This document shows positions 10,691-22,316 of a stretch of DNA of 30,753 bases, piece by piece. How positions within the stretch are numbered: position 1 is the first letter of the stretch; each line of letters begins with the position of its first letter. The stretch comes from Moniliella sp. 'wahieum' (lineage: Eukaryota), in contig RSEE01000063.1 in the NCBI GenBank assembly GCA_003971905.1, positions 372,001 through 402,753 on the forward strand. Direction: 5' to 3'. A model generated the notes under the pieces. It was not told the origin of the DNA, made no database searches, and was given only the letters and a program-made list of their open reading frames with translations. Made by a program: the position numbers and the translations under genes.

Positions 10691-11080
10691 GAAAGGCCCG
10701 ACAGCAGTCTGGGTCGTAGCAACCCAACACGTTTGAAATGGCGGATAAGGATGGCTGGTATCGGCTGGGCAACACGAATTGCTAGATGCGCATTTTGCTT
10801 GTAGCGGCAGATGGAAGCCTAGGGGCTTAAAGGTGAGCGAGATAGGGGCAGGCGCAATGAGGGGCACAGGCCGCTGCTGCTGGCTGCCACATGGGAACGA
10901 GGACATCTCCTTCGGGCACGGGGGCTGTGCATGCCGTTGGACAGCGAATGAAATTGCATCGATTCATGTGGGGCCTTGTAGGCCTAGAGCCACTGGCCCC
11001 ACTATAGCAACGATGGGCACAGCCGTACCAAAGCATAAGATGGACACTGCTCCTATATACGGCACCGTCGCCCCACCGGC

Positions 11081-11120
11081 TCTGCTCTGCTCTGCTCTGC
11101 TCTGCTCTGCTCTGCTCTGC
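11081..11120. repeat. (TCTGC)8 microsatellite
   Basis: Eight perfect pentamer copies. Confidence 0.95.
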
Positions 11121-11163
11121 CCTGCTGCTTCCCCCTGCCCCTGGCCTGGCAGCAGAGGCTTCC

Positions 11164-12852
11164 ATGTCGTCTGCTTCATTTGCCTGGCCGCCTCTTTTCC
11201 CCTCGTCGCGTCAACGTCGTCTACGCTTCCCGTCGCCCACAGCATGCACCCATCACGAAAACGCAGCGTCCGCATCCTCTCTCCTCAGCCCCACCCCGAG
11301 GCTCAGTGCCAGCCCTCGACGCCCGCCGCCACCCCGACCGGGCTCAACATCCTCCACTCACCCAGCCCTCCCGCCTGCGCCAGACCTCGTCCGTCTCCCG
11401 CGCTCCCATCCCATGGACCTTTCACGACGAGCTCGTCTCCGACTCGTCCTCCTCTGTCTTCTTTCCCTCCCCCAACGCAGAGACAGCCCGCAGAGACAGC
11501 CCCCGAACCACCATCCGCACCCGCACCTACTCCGTCCGCTCCGGCACCAGGCCAGCCTCGCCCCCCCCTCCCCCTCATCGCCCCATCCCCCCAACTACAT
11601 ATCTTCTCAACTAGGCCGCAGCTCAACCCTGCCCTCCACTCCCCCTGTCCGTCCCCCTCGACCTACAGATACGGCATCCCACTGGCTCTCCCCGTCGTAC
11701 CCAGCCCCATCCCCGCGCTCAGTTTACGTGAAACTTCTGTGTGCGCACGTCTTCTTGGGAGCAGTCTCCCCCTTCGCCCTCGCCAGCGCCTCCCTCTGCC
11801 CTCCAGGCAAGGTTAGGACCTCCTCGCACCACGCTCTCTCGGTTCCCGCCGAGCCCATTGCACCGACAACAATCGGACGGAATGCTAGCCCGCCCCACCA
11901 GGGGTTACTAGCTCCCATGCTTCCGAACGCAGTCTGTCTCTTCGTCTCCCTCCCGCCGTCCCTGCCGCCTGAAAGACTGCATATGCACAACCTAACTGAC
12001 GCGTTGGCTCGCGTGGGTCAGACCGGTCCCGAAAGCTACTTTCCCACCGCTGCCCAATTGGCTGACAATGTAGAGCGCATGAACGCGGCCTTGCGCCAAA
12101 TCCGTGACCAAGTGGTGGAATGGGGGGTGGAACAGGACCTCGATTCGCCCGCTTTGGGTGAGAGAAGCAGCTTACCCGCCCGGGATGGGCGATGGGACCG
12201 TGCCGGAGCACAGGAGGGGGACCGCTTGCATACTCTGGCAACGGATTTGACCCGTTTGGTGCAATGGAGCGATGACCAAGCGCGTCTCGTGACGCAAACC
12301 TTCCTCATGCTTGCACCGTCCCTTACGTCGTCGACTTCAGCACCTACTTTGGCATCTGGATTGACGGCTGCTACACCGGGAACCTCATCCGGTTCGGCAT
12401 CGGGATCGACGTCTGGATCGACGTTGCCATCGACGACCGCATCAGTGCTGGAACCTGAACCCTGTTGTCCTGTAGCTACGGTGCCTGTGGAGGTGCTCAC
12501 AGACAAACCTGTTGACGAACCTGCGGATCCCGCAGCCGATCCCGTATCACAAGACCAGTTGCCCCCACCTCCGTCCCTGCGGCCGCCTCCACTCCCAATG
12601 ACTCCGCTCTGCCCCGCACGACCGGAAAGTGCCTGGCGCACTCGTCAGCGACTCCGGAAACAAAGTACTCCTTCAGTCACAGCACCCACCATGCCGACCA
12701 CACCCACCCCTGCTACGCCTTGGCCGGTGCGCCCACGCCGGGTCTCCGCTCCACTTGGGGACTCCAAGACTATGGACAGCTGGGCTTGGGTGAGTAGAAC
12801 CCATGAGACCGATGGACATGGGTTGATGGTGCCACATGGGCTACACGCTTGA
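11164..12852 (+). CDS. Hypothetical Pro/Ser-rich protein with a central helical segment; probable intron 11812-12021
   Basis: 562-codon ORF with a TATA-like tract at ~11054, a 210-bp GTTAGG..CTAACTGAC..CAG candidate intron and a helical stretch AQLADNVERMNAALRQIRDQV. The N-terminal frame is ambiguous. Confidence 0.55.
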   Translation: MSSASFAWPPLFPSSRQRRLRFPSPTACTHHENAASASSLLSPTPRLSASPRRPPPPRPGSTSSTHPALPPAPDLVRLPRSHPMDLSRRARLRLVLLCLLSLPQRRDSPQRQPPNHHPHPHLLRPLRHQASLAPPSPSSPHPPNYISSQLGRSSTLPSTPPVRPPRPTDTASHWLSPSYPAPSPRSVYVKLLCAHVFLGAVSPFALASASLCPPGKVRTSSHHALSVPAEPIAPTTIGRNASPPHQGLLAPMLPNAVCLFVSLPPSLPPERLHMHNLTDALARVGQTGPESYFPTAAQLADNVERMNAALRQIRDQVVEWGVEQDLDSPALGERSSLPARDGRWDRAGAQEGDRLHTLATDLTRLVQWSDDQARLVTQTFLMLAPSLTSSTSAPTLASGLTAATPGTSSGSASGSTSGSTLPSTTASVLEPEPCCPVATVPVEVLTDKPVDEPADPAADPVSQDQLPPPPSLRPPPLPMTPLCPARPESAWRTRQRLRKQSTPSVTAPTMPTTPTPATPWPVRPRRVSAPLGDSKTMDSWAWVSRTHETDGHGLMVPHGLHA

Positions 12853-12900
12853 CGCGATGGATCATAGATGCTTAGACATGCACAGATCGACAAGATCGGA

Positions 12901-13202
12901 CTACGCCACTGGCTTCTTCTGTTCAGCAGCCTTGTCCAGCGCTTCAGCGACGGGTTTCTGTAGCAAAAGGTCAGGCTGACATGTAGTCAAATGCAAACCA
13001 AGGGGACAGGGGGGAGTAGCGGCAGGTGGAAACGTACAGGATCGGTAGAGTGGCCTTGCTTCCAGTCCTGGTACTTGAGGTTCATCTCACCACGCCGGGC
13101 GGCCTTGACCCGCAGCTCGGGCTTGAGGGCAGCACGCACCGCCGATGCGGCGACGGATGCGTACCGGTTGTACGACATGACAGCCTTCCAGGGCGCAGAC
13201 AT
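12901..13202 (-). CDS. ATP15: Mitochondrial ATP synthase F1 epsilon subunit; intron 12958-13037
   Basis: MSAPWKAVMSYNRYASVAASAVRAALKPELRVKAARRG..KYQDWKQG matches the epsilon signature. Exon 2 is KPVAEALDKAAEQKKPVA*. Confidence 0.93.
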
Positions 13203-13573
13203 GGCAAACTTGGTGGTGGGCGGACCGGACGCATCTACCTGTGGGTGTGGCTGCGTCAGCAAGAACGCAGCCCCGGCCTGGCAGGGGGGAGGGCTGGGCA
13301 GGCCCCACACTGCCCAAGTGCGCGTATGCGCCGCCAGCAGGGGATTATTAAAGCGCGTAGGGTTGTGGGTTGGTCGATGCCCGTCTGCGTGGGCGGTACG
13401 GCGTTGAGGCATTTGCGGCAATTAGTCTGGTGCCAGCTCCCATCTCTGAGAGGCGGCCGGGTGGCCCGATATACATATCGGTGCTGAGTACGCCAAGTCC
13501 CGAGTCTCTGCAGGTCCCAGTCCAACTCAATCCAACTCCAGCCGCCGGGTTGTCTGCCGTTTGGTGTGGTAAC

Positions 13574-14073
13574 ATGATTGAGAAGGCTGTCCACATTGCT
13601 GCCGCCGGCCTGGGCCTGACGGCGGTCGCTGCCGGCGCGTATGGCTCCCACGGCCTGCACGGCGTCGACGAGCACTGTACGCACCCTTCTTTTCCCCCCT
13701 CTCGGCTTGTCCTAACCACGATCCCTACCCCGCCTCCATGACGACAGGGCAATCTGCCTGGAAGACGGCGGCGCAGTACCACCTGACGCACTCGGTCGTG
13801 CTCTTGGGCCTCGCCCATTCCGGTGCAACCGCCACGCGCGCGGGCAAGGTGGCCTCCTGCCTGTTCACACTTGGCATCTTCGGCTTTAGCGGCTCCATTT
13901 ACGCCCGCGTCTTGACCCTTGACTCGCACCCCGACTGGAGTCCCACGTTTGCCAGCATCACACCCAAGGGCGGTGTTGCGCTGTTGCTTGCCTGGGCTGC
14001 CGTCGGCTTTGTCTCGCCGCGATCGTTGGCGCTTGCGCGTGCAGCATCTCTGGCTAAGGCTGTGCCAAAGTGA
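13574..14073 (+). CDS. TMEM256/DUF423 (YgdD-like) small membrane protein; intron 13677-13747
   Basis: AVAAGAYGSHGL, WKTAAQYHLTHS, GFSGSIY and ITPKGGVALLLAW motifs. Confidence 0.9.
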
Positions 14074-14490
14074 GCAAATGCATTGACAGGTGCGGATGCG
14101 GCGGGGTGCCTTGGTTGGGACGCTCCTACATTGCATTATGGAGTAGAGCCTCGGATTGGGGTGTAGAACAAGGTGCGTCTTACTTGGCCAGCGAGCAGCC
14201 GGACCTGATCAGGTCGATCAGGCCAGATACAGCTACTCAGATCAGTCAAGGACAGTGGGATCTCCTATCATCGATCCGCGCTTCGGGCGGCCAGCGGCGT
14301 ATCCCAAGAACAACAGGATGCTGCCAAAGGTGGGGGCGAATTGGGCTCGCTTGAATGGGAGGCGCAGTAATGAAGTAGTTCAGCGCTGACTGGTCTTCAT
14401 TGTCGCGGCGAGGGCGTGTCCAGGCGCGCACTCGAGCCTTGCGGTTGATCCAACTCTCCACAACAAAGCAGCCAATTGTGGGCAGAATTT

Positions 14491-15221
14491 ATGCCAGGCC
14501 GTTTCAGCCATTCCGCTGCAGCCGCCCGCCTGTCCGCCCCCGCCCCCCACCAACATCCAGCGATGGCGCTCGCCTGGCACCTGGCCCACCTGCCTTGTCC
14601 CCCACCGGCAGCCCTCCGCACTGACGAGCCAGACAGCGCAGGCGCCACCTCCGCACCCCCTGCCGCCCCTCCATCCCCTCTCCCTTCCAAGCAGAGGAAG
14701 ACGAGGATCCGTATGCGCTGCAGGCTGGCGAAACAGAGGCAGCTTGGCAAGCTCGGTTGGGGTTTCGCTTTTTGACTCCCGGGGCAGTTCAGTTGTTTGA
14801 TGCGTCGCGGCAGTTCAAACGGGAACGAGATCGTTCGCGTTCAGGCTCGCGTTCTCCCCCTCGTTCTTCTTCTACCCCCATGCAGCTCGCAATGCTTCCG
14901 CCACCCCGCCACCTACCCTCCCAACCCGCCGACGATCTTCAGAACAAGAAGACAAGGAAACGCGCGCGTAATGCTGCCGCCCCTGGGCTGCCAAGGGGAT
15001 GGCACCAAGGTAAAGGAACACGTGCGCGGAAACGTGCGCGTCTCGAAGCGCGAAGGGCCCAAGAACTGCAGTTGGCCCAGGCCAGTTCTGTGCGTCCCCC
15101 TGCTGTGTCCCAAGCTGTGACACCCGCCGAGTTGCCTGCCTCTCGTACTACAGTTGCGGCACCTTCGGGCGAACTAGAATCGCTCCGGGCGCGGGCGCTC
15201 GCTTCGCTGCGCTCGCGCTAG
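14491..15221 (+). CDS. Hypothetical basic, low-complexity (likely nuclear) protein; frameshift near 14760
   Basis: Two abutting ORFs join at a G-run. Contains an RS-rich tract RSRSGSRSP, NLS-like KKTRKRAR and the C-terminal helix ELESLRARALASLRSR. Confidence 0.5.
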
Positions 15222-15300
15222 TGGATGCATGCCGTTTGACTCATCTACCACTTGGCGCCGAGGAGAGTGAGCGTACACCAGTGATACAGGGTATGGAATT

Positions 15301-16486
15301 TCACAGTCCGTTGGGTCCTAATGTGAGAGAGCTACGCAGGTTCGTCAGGCACGTGGCTGGTCGTGCTGGGGGTGGATGTCCGACAATGTAGGCCACGATA
15401 TCGGAGAGGTAAGGATACCAGCGAGCCTGCCGTGGCCCTTGGGGATGGTAGGCTGAGCACCCTCGGCTAAGGTTTGGTCCAGTTGAGCGGGAGTGAGTTT
15501 GCGCACTGGTGCGGCCTCGACGAGGATCAGACGATGTACTCGCCTCCGCTTGAGAAGGGCAAACACATTCGCTAATGGTTCCTCTACAGATGCGACCCAG
15601 GCGCCGCGGGACGCTTGGGCCTCGTTGGCTCCGGCTTGAGTCGGGTGGGATGGAGGTGCACGACGCGCGATGGCTTCGCGCACAGTGAGGTCAATGTCGG
15701 TGTAAAGTCCGGTTCGGAGCAGTTCCACCGCATCCACTGCATCGTACAGGTCCACCACATCCCCTGCTCATCCACCACTGGCACACCCCGATCCCGCCAG
15801 AGGAAAAGAGCCCGATTAGCTCATGCACCCGCATGTCCAGCCGGGCTACCGCCAGGTCACCCATCCGGGCGCTGGAGTTGCCGATGGGGAAGTGGATTGG
15901 GGGGAGACAAAAGTGCCAATGCCCAGGTCACGGATTGAGCGGTGGAGGCCGCTCGTGTCGCAGTTGATAGCAATGAACTTGAGCACTCGGTACTGGGTTA
16001 GAACCGAGATGACTGCCTCTGCGTGGGACTGGGTATCGTGGTCGATCAGAGGCACGCGGCGGGCATGAGACCGCATCAATGCCTCGCACGCACTGAGGAG
16101 AGACTGCAATGGGTGGATCGCCAAGCTCGCCGGTGGTGGCACGTACAATGCCCGCTCAATCGTCCGCAGCTCTGCAAGCGTCACGTGGTCCACCTCTCTG
16201 CACGCGCGGCGGCGTCGGGATCGTCTGGGTGGTCGGCGGCACGCAGGACGTAAAACTGGATGAGATGGGTCACGTCGCTGACGGTCAGCATGCCGGCAAA
16301 CCGGTTGGCTGCCGCGTTCCACAGCGGCGCACTGACCACCCCGGCTTGGGCCATCACGTCGAGCGCGGCGCGCACAGCCAGCCGGGTGTCCAGCATCACC
16401 ACCCTGAAACTGACGGGGAGCACATCGTAGCAGCTGCGGCCCTGAAGGAAGGTGCGATGCGGGCGACAGCCAGTCTGCTGGTTCAT
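15301..16486 (-). CDS. SNF4: AMPK/Snf1 gamma subunit (CBS domains); several frameshifts (~16200, ~15850, ~15780, ~15405); start uncertain
   Basis: FLQGRSCYDVLPVSFRVVMLDT, VVSAPLWN, FAGMLTVSD, SVLTQYRVLKFIAINC, RRRVHRLILVE and LAGILTLSDI. Confidence 0.92.
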
Positions 16487-16782
16487 CGCTGTGAGCGATG
16501 GTGGTGAACAGCGGGGAGTAGTGGGATGGACGAGCGAGACCAGGCGTCCTGCTGACGATGGCGGCAAGAGCACAGAAACGGGGTTCTTTGAACATTTCGA
16601 AGATGGCCATCTGACGTGGCCAGCCGGCTGCTCTGCCGGAACGGCCTCGGGCACCCTTCAGCGGTTCAACGTTCAGGGCCCCGCGTGGGGCATCGCCAGC
16701 GTCCAGCCTCGGCCATCACCACAGTCCAGCCTCGGCCACCCCCACAGCTCCAGCCACCGCCACAGTCACGACTGCGCCTCCC

Positions 16783-17603
16783 ATGGAGTTGGTTGCCACC
16801 TCCTACGTCCCGCCGCAGGCGGCTACCAGCCTGGCCACCGCGCGCCAGGGCATCGTCTCCCCGCTTTCCCAGCGCCGCTCGACCTCGTCGCAGGTCGGCC
16901 TGCAAGCGGCTGTTGGAGCACCCGTAGGCGTTTCAGCTGGCCTGGGCCATGCCACCGTCCCAGCCGCTGGTCCAGACCGCCTCGACCGTCCTCGGGATCG
17001 AACTCGTCATGGCGAAGTGAGTCTCGCATCGCTGTCCTTCCTGTTCTCAGAGATGGTGTCGACGTACCAGGCGCGCGTCAGTGGCGTGGCCCAGCTCGAG
17101 CGCCGCTTGAGCCTGATTGGGTACAGCATCGGCCAACGTCTTTTGCTCCTCACCACCCACAGGCTTGAGATGGCCAACAACCCCAAGCTGCCCAAGCGGG
17201 AGACACGCCTGGTGCCTGCCCTCCTCTTTGTCCACACTCACATTTACCGCCAAGCCTTCGGGCGGCCCGCCGACTCCCTGGAACGCTCCACTGAGCGCGA
17301 TGATGAGTGTACGACCATCCCTCGTCGTTGCTCCCCTTGTACCTAACCCACTTTTTTGACCCAGACATGATCTCGATGAACGAACCCATCTTTGCTCGAC
17401 GCATCTCCATTCCCAAGGACCTCTCCTCTCTCTCGATTGAGGCGGTTACTGCCGGCATCGTCGAAGCGGCCCTGGACGGACTCGGATTCGCAGCTCGCGT
17501 CACTGCCCACTCGGTCCCCACCCCTGACTTTCCTCAGAGAACCACGATCTTGATCAAGGTCGACCCAAGTGTGATGCGGCGTGAAGAAGCGTTGGGCTCG
17601 TAA
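16783..17603 (+). CDS. TRS31: TRAPP complex subunit Trs31/TRAPPC5; intron 17309-17364; start uncertain
   Basis: EVSLASLSFLFSEMV, LERRLSLIGYSIGQRLL, FGRPADSLERS, AGIVEAALDGLGFAARVTAHSVP and RTTILIK. Confidence 0.94.
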
Positions 17604-18084
17604 CGCAGTACCTACCCATCTTCTCTTCTTGACTGATAGTCCCCTTCTGGAGCAATCTGATCCCCAAACAGGATATGACAGGCCACTTCTAAAACCTCTA
17701 GTTCTGCCTGCCAACCTCTCCTTCCAATCTACATGGCCCGCTGTACATACGACCCCTCGTAGTACCTCACACTGGTTATGCCAGATGACCTTCAGCGTAC
17801 GAGTTTCAACAACATGTACTTTGCGCCTACAAGCATTCACCACAAAGGCTGCGCCTGCGATGCTGTGGACCATGTTGCTGAACACGGATTCTACGAGCCA
17901 CAAAGAAATGGTCTTGCTGCTGGATAGGATCGAAAAGTTCTACCAAACTGTTGCGTAGAGCATCCCCCTCTTCAGCTAGATGCGCCTAGTAGCATCACAT
18001 CCGGATGTAGCTACAGTCGGTAAGTTACTCTTCATACATGTACTGCAACAAACAGCAGGGAAGGTAGAGGCAGCCAATGGTTGA

Positions 18085-18769
18085 TCAATTCTTCCCCGGC
18101 GGGGCAAGGATTTGGACCAAAGCACGCTCCAGCACAAAACGGGTATAATCTGGTCGCACCTCCATCGTTGACGGCGCCAGGCTCGGCACGTCGATTGAGA
18201 GGTACACCTGTCCCAGAGAAGCCTTGCGTGCTGTCCAGGCGTCAGTATCCCTTAATCTTGTATTACGCACGCATACAGGAAGGAAACGAACCGATCCGCT
18301 GTGCCATGTCCCGCGCTAACCTAGGCCCACCACCATGCAACACCTCGCTCCCCACAGACCCCAGAGCAAGCGCCATGTCGGTACCCAGCGCACCTCTGGG
18401 CGCTGAAGGAGGCGCCCACAGTCCCGCATCGCTGTCCGGCTTAGCACTCGCATCGCCCTCCCCAGCGGGAGTGATGGGCACACCAAATGTGCGATGCATC
18501 GTGGGCGTGTCCCTTCCTGCCGCGCGAAGTGCCTCTTGCAACTCATTCTCCAACTCTTGGTCCACTGCGGACGTCGCATCTTTCACTGCGGAGGCAGCGG
18601 GTGGCGGTGCAAACGCCTCCTGAGCAGCTTGGCTTGCTGGCCCCACCCAGACCCAGGCTGCGTTCGCCATGCGGGTAACCTGGACACTAAGCAGGGTGGT
18701 GCGGTCGTGCGTAAGTGGAGTGGCTGGCACACGCACCGCATGCTGCGATGTGCTGAACAGCTCGGACAT
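18085..18769 (-). CDS. Proteasome assembly chaperone 4 (PAC4/PSMG4)-like; intron 18231-18291
   Basis: VQVTRMANAAWVWVG, GTDMALAL, ARDMAQRI|ARK..QVYLSID and LERALVQIL fit the PAC4 pattern. Confidence 0.75.
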
Positions 18770-19007
18770 GGTTGGTGGTGGGGAAGGTGACTGGAGGAGA
18801 GGCGCCCGGAAACGGCCAAGTGGGTGCAGGCCGCTTCTTCTGGTGCTGCTGCCAAGCTTGTGGTGAGGTGGTGATTCGGAATCACTCGCTGTCATCACCT
18901 GCATCACCGCTTGCTGGATCATCGGATCGATCTAATTGCTCTTCTCTTTTTTCCTTTTCTTCATTTTCCACTGCTCTTTCGCCAGCACCACACCAGCAAC
19001 CCCAGCG

Positions 19008-20366
19008 ATGCCCACCGCTTGGATCAACTTCCCTACGCCCACTGCGCCCGGCAGCGACGCGCCTGCTACCTACGAAAACTACACACACACTGTTGTGCTC
19101 AAGGCTGCACGTTCCGTGCTGCTCCCCCAAGGGTGGGAAGTGGTCGATGGCCACTCTGGCTCGGCCGAGGAGGAGTACGAAGCCTATGTGGGGGACTACG
19201 ACTGGATCCCATTTGAGCGTCTATTGCGTTCAAAAGCAAGCTGTAGCAGCTATGTCATCCGCAAGGCGCTCATTCGCAAACACCATCTTGCCCATGCCCT
19301 ACGACTCGATGCCGCCAAGCGCTCGGAGCGCTCTGACTTAATCCGCAAAGCCACCCCACGGACATGGGACTTCGAACTGCAATTTGCCGACGAGCTGGAC
19401 GAGTTGTTAATGGACGACCTGTATGACCTCAACGACGACCTAGAGAGTGGATCATGGTTTATTCTCAAACCAGGCATGGCTGATCGAGGTCGCGGGATTC
19501 GGTTGTTCAACTCGTTGTCAACTCTGCGTGCCATTTTCGACCAGTACGAGGAAGAGGATCTGGCCGAGGAGGAGGAGGAGGAGGACGGGGAGGAAGTGGC
19601 CAGGGTGAAGGAGATGAGGAGGGCGGGATGTTGGGTCAACTGAGGCACTTTGTTATCCAAGTATGTCATTTTACGCGTGTGAGAGTGCAAGACTGACGCA
19701 ATGCAGGACTACCTAGCCAACCCGTTACTCTTGTCCCCGCTCGATGCCAGTGCAGGCGGGCGCAAGTTCCATCTTCGTGCGTATGTGCTGTGTGTGGGCG
19801 CCTTTCAAGTCTACCTATGGGACGAAATGCTGGCCCTGTTTGCACCGGTACCCTACGCCCCACCGGATGAGCATGCCAGCCTCGATGCTCACCTGACCAA
19901 CACCTGTCGTCAAGAGGAGCGTCACATCAATCAGGGTCGGCCCAAGGAAGAAAATGTGCATCTCTGGTCCGACCTGGCTGGGACGGCGACCCCGACTGGC
20001 CCTCTGACCGAGGAGGCTATCGAGCTCGTCCGCACCCGCGCTGCTGAGACGATCGGGCTGGTGTTTGCGGCCGCTGCAAGGGGTGGTAGCGTACACCTCC
20101 AGCTTTGGCCGAATGCGTGGGAAATCTTCGGGGTGGATCTACTTGGTGATCAGCTGCACGTCCAGTTGCTCGAGGTCAATGCCCAACCCGACTTTGCCCA
20201 GACGGGCCAGCGGCTGGTTGGGACGATTGAGGGGCTGTTCGAGCGGGCGTTGCAGATTGCCCTTCTGGACCAAAGGGCCGCTTGGGATGGGAAGGAATGG
20301 CCCGTGGGCGAGAGCAGGGGGGGCATGCGGCTCTGCTTGAACGAGCAACTCACGGCGGAGCACTAG
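19008..20366 (+). CDS. Tubulin-tyrosine ligase family ATP-grasp protein (Pby1-like); intron 19661-19706; frameshift at G-run ~19590
   Basis: SYVIRKALIRKHHL, WFILKPGMADRGRGIRLF, FVIQ|DYLANPLLL, RKFHLRAYV, AHLTNTC, EIFGVD and LLEVNAQPDF. Confidence 0.9.
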
Positions 20367-20639
20367 ACACTAAAAGCATACTCGGCCTTGACCTTCACCC
20401 TGGGAGCTATCGCACAGCGTCGATGATGGGCGTGGTGTCAATCGATAATATGCAGAGGAGGCAGATGGTTGCTGGGGCCAGCGCCAGCGGACGGGGTACT
20501 GATGAAGGATCGATGATCTCGATGATCGGATATTGCACGCATGGTGTTGTGTACTGCTGAATGTGAACATTAATTAATGTCGATCACCGCGTAGCTGCTC
20601 GGCTTGACTTTCTTTCCTACCTCCACCATCCCTCATTCT

Positions 20640-22030
20640 ATGCCACCACAACCACCCCCACCGCGCGCGGCACGACCCCAACGTCTTCACCCCAACGCGC
20701 CCCCTCCAGGTGTGCCGCTCCATTCGACGCCCTTACCGACGCGGCGGGCGACGACGCGAGCGCGTAGTACGCGTACGCGAACTCGAGCCTCCTCTCTACC
20801 TGACTCAGATTCCGAAGTGGACGCGTCGCCATTGCTTCGCGTCCGCACCGACCCCCATTCCGGCTCCTATGCATCACCCATACCGCAGCGGCTTGGCAGG
20901 ACGCGCACTGCACATGAGTTGGCGTCGAGTCCATCCCACCATCACCCTGCGCGTCGACGCTGGGAGCGCATCTGCGTTTGGACCCTCGTTCTGTTGGGGC
21001 TGGGCCTATATTGGCTCTTGCCGCGCTCCAAGCCCTTTCATACCGCTGCCCAAGTGAACTCTACTGGAGTTGAAAGATTCAATATGCCGTCGAGGACAGC
21101 CTACCTCAGCTTCACACCTCCCTGCCCTTGGATGAACATGTCTACGATGACGGTGAACTGCTGGGCATATCCTCAGAAGAGCAGATCCCCATCTCACCGG
21201 CGTTTGAGAACCCAGCAGCCGACCTTACTCTGCAAGACGATGCATTGGTCCCGCAGTTGAGCCCCCCTAGTCCTGGGGAACTACCTTTGCAGGAACCCCA
21301 GCCTCCTACTCCGCCCGACCCGCTTCCTACCTGGTCCGAGGTGTTCGCAACCCTCGACCCCGATTCCCCTTCTTTGACCAAAGAGGCGATGGAGCACCTC
21401 CGCACCACCCTTCCAAGCGATACATACCAACTCACCTCTTATCTGGAACCGATCCTACTCCGCCTGCTGCAGGCCGAGCCTGGTGCTTGGTCCTGGATCG
21501 CGGAAACATACCTCGCGCAGGGCGGGACAGACCTGCCTACTCTGCTTACCCGCGTTCGTCCCAGCTGCGCTCCGACCTATCCTCCATCCCACCACGTGTG
21601 CTCCATGGCACCCGTATCGCCCAACTTTTTGCCCTGCTACCACCAAGGCGAGAGCGCGACTTTGCTCACTCCATCGTCGGGAGCATGACATCCCCCTCGC
21701 AACCTCCGGGCGTGGACCCGGCCTTTCTCCTTCAGCGGAGGGGTCTATCCCCTCCCTGACCAGGGCAGGGTGGGCGTTGTGCTCTCTGACGCGATTCGTG
21801 TGAGAGGGATCACGTTGAGCCTTGCTGGGTGGTGCGAGTGGTACGTCGATCTTTTGTTAGAGGGGCAGTTTGTGCCTGTCGCCCATGGCCATATCACACC
21901 CAAGAGCCAAGGACCATATTCCTACCGTGCCCGAGATGGATCCCACACGACTCCTCCGCCTTCGCCTTCCTTCCCCAGTGGTTTATTGGTGGAGCGAATC
22001 CGGGTCCATGGCGACAAGGCGGAAGTCTGA
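20640..22030 (+). CDS. Single-pass membrane protein with a divergent SUN-like C-terminal domain; several frameshifts
   Basis: Basic disordered N-terminus, TM ICVWTLVLLGLGLYWLL, helical region, then RDFA..GSMTSPS, GRVGVVLSDAIRVRGITL and terminal VERIRVHG. Confidence 0.55.
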
Positions 22031-22316
22031 GTAACGAAAGATGAAATACCAAAACTATTGGCGAGATAATCGATTAACGTCCCAGCGGCGGGAAGTATAG
22101 CGTGCCACTATGGGGCATGCCCTATGGTTGTGAACCTCCTTCTATCATCACGGACATATTCGAATGAGAGACACGTGGACGTGACAGAGGGACTTCGTAA
22201 ATAGCAAGATTCGATAGAGAACCCCTTGCGAAAGACGTTGCTTGTGGACTTGACAGCCACATACAACGAGGAGTGGGTGGGACCCGGTGTGCCTCTCCTT
22301 TGAGGGTGTAGCTTTG

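Noticed and set aside
10779..11816. 345-aa ORF with LCSAL repeats
   Set aside because: Non-ATG start, and the repeat is just the translated (TCTGC)n microsatellite. Part of the frame may belong to the 11164-12852 gene.
17581..17958. 125-aa ORF and lower-GC spacer between TRS31 and PAC4
   Set aside because: No proper start, overlaps the TRS31 end, and no recognisable motif in any frame.
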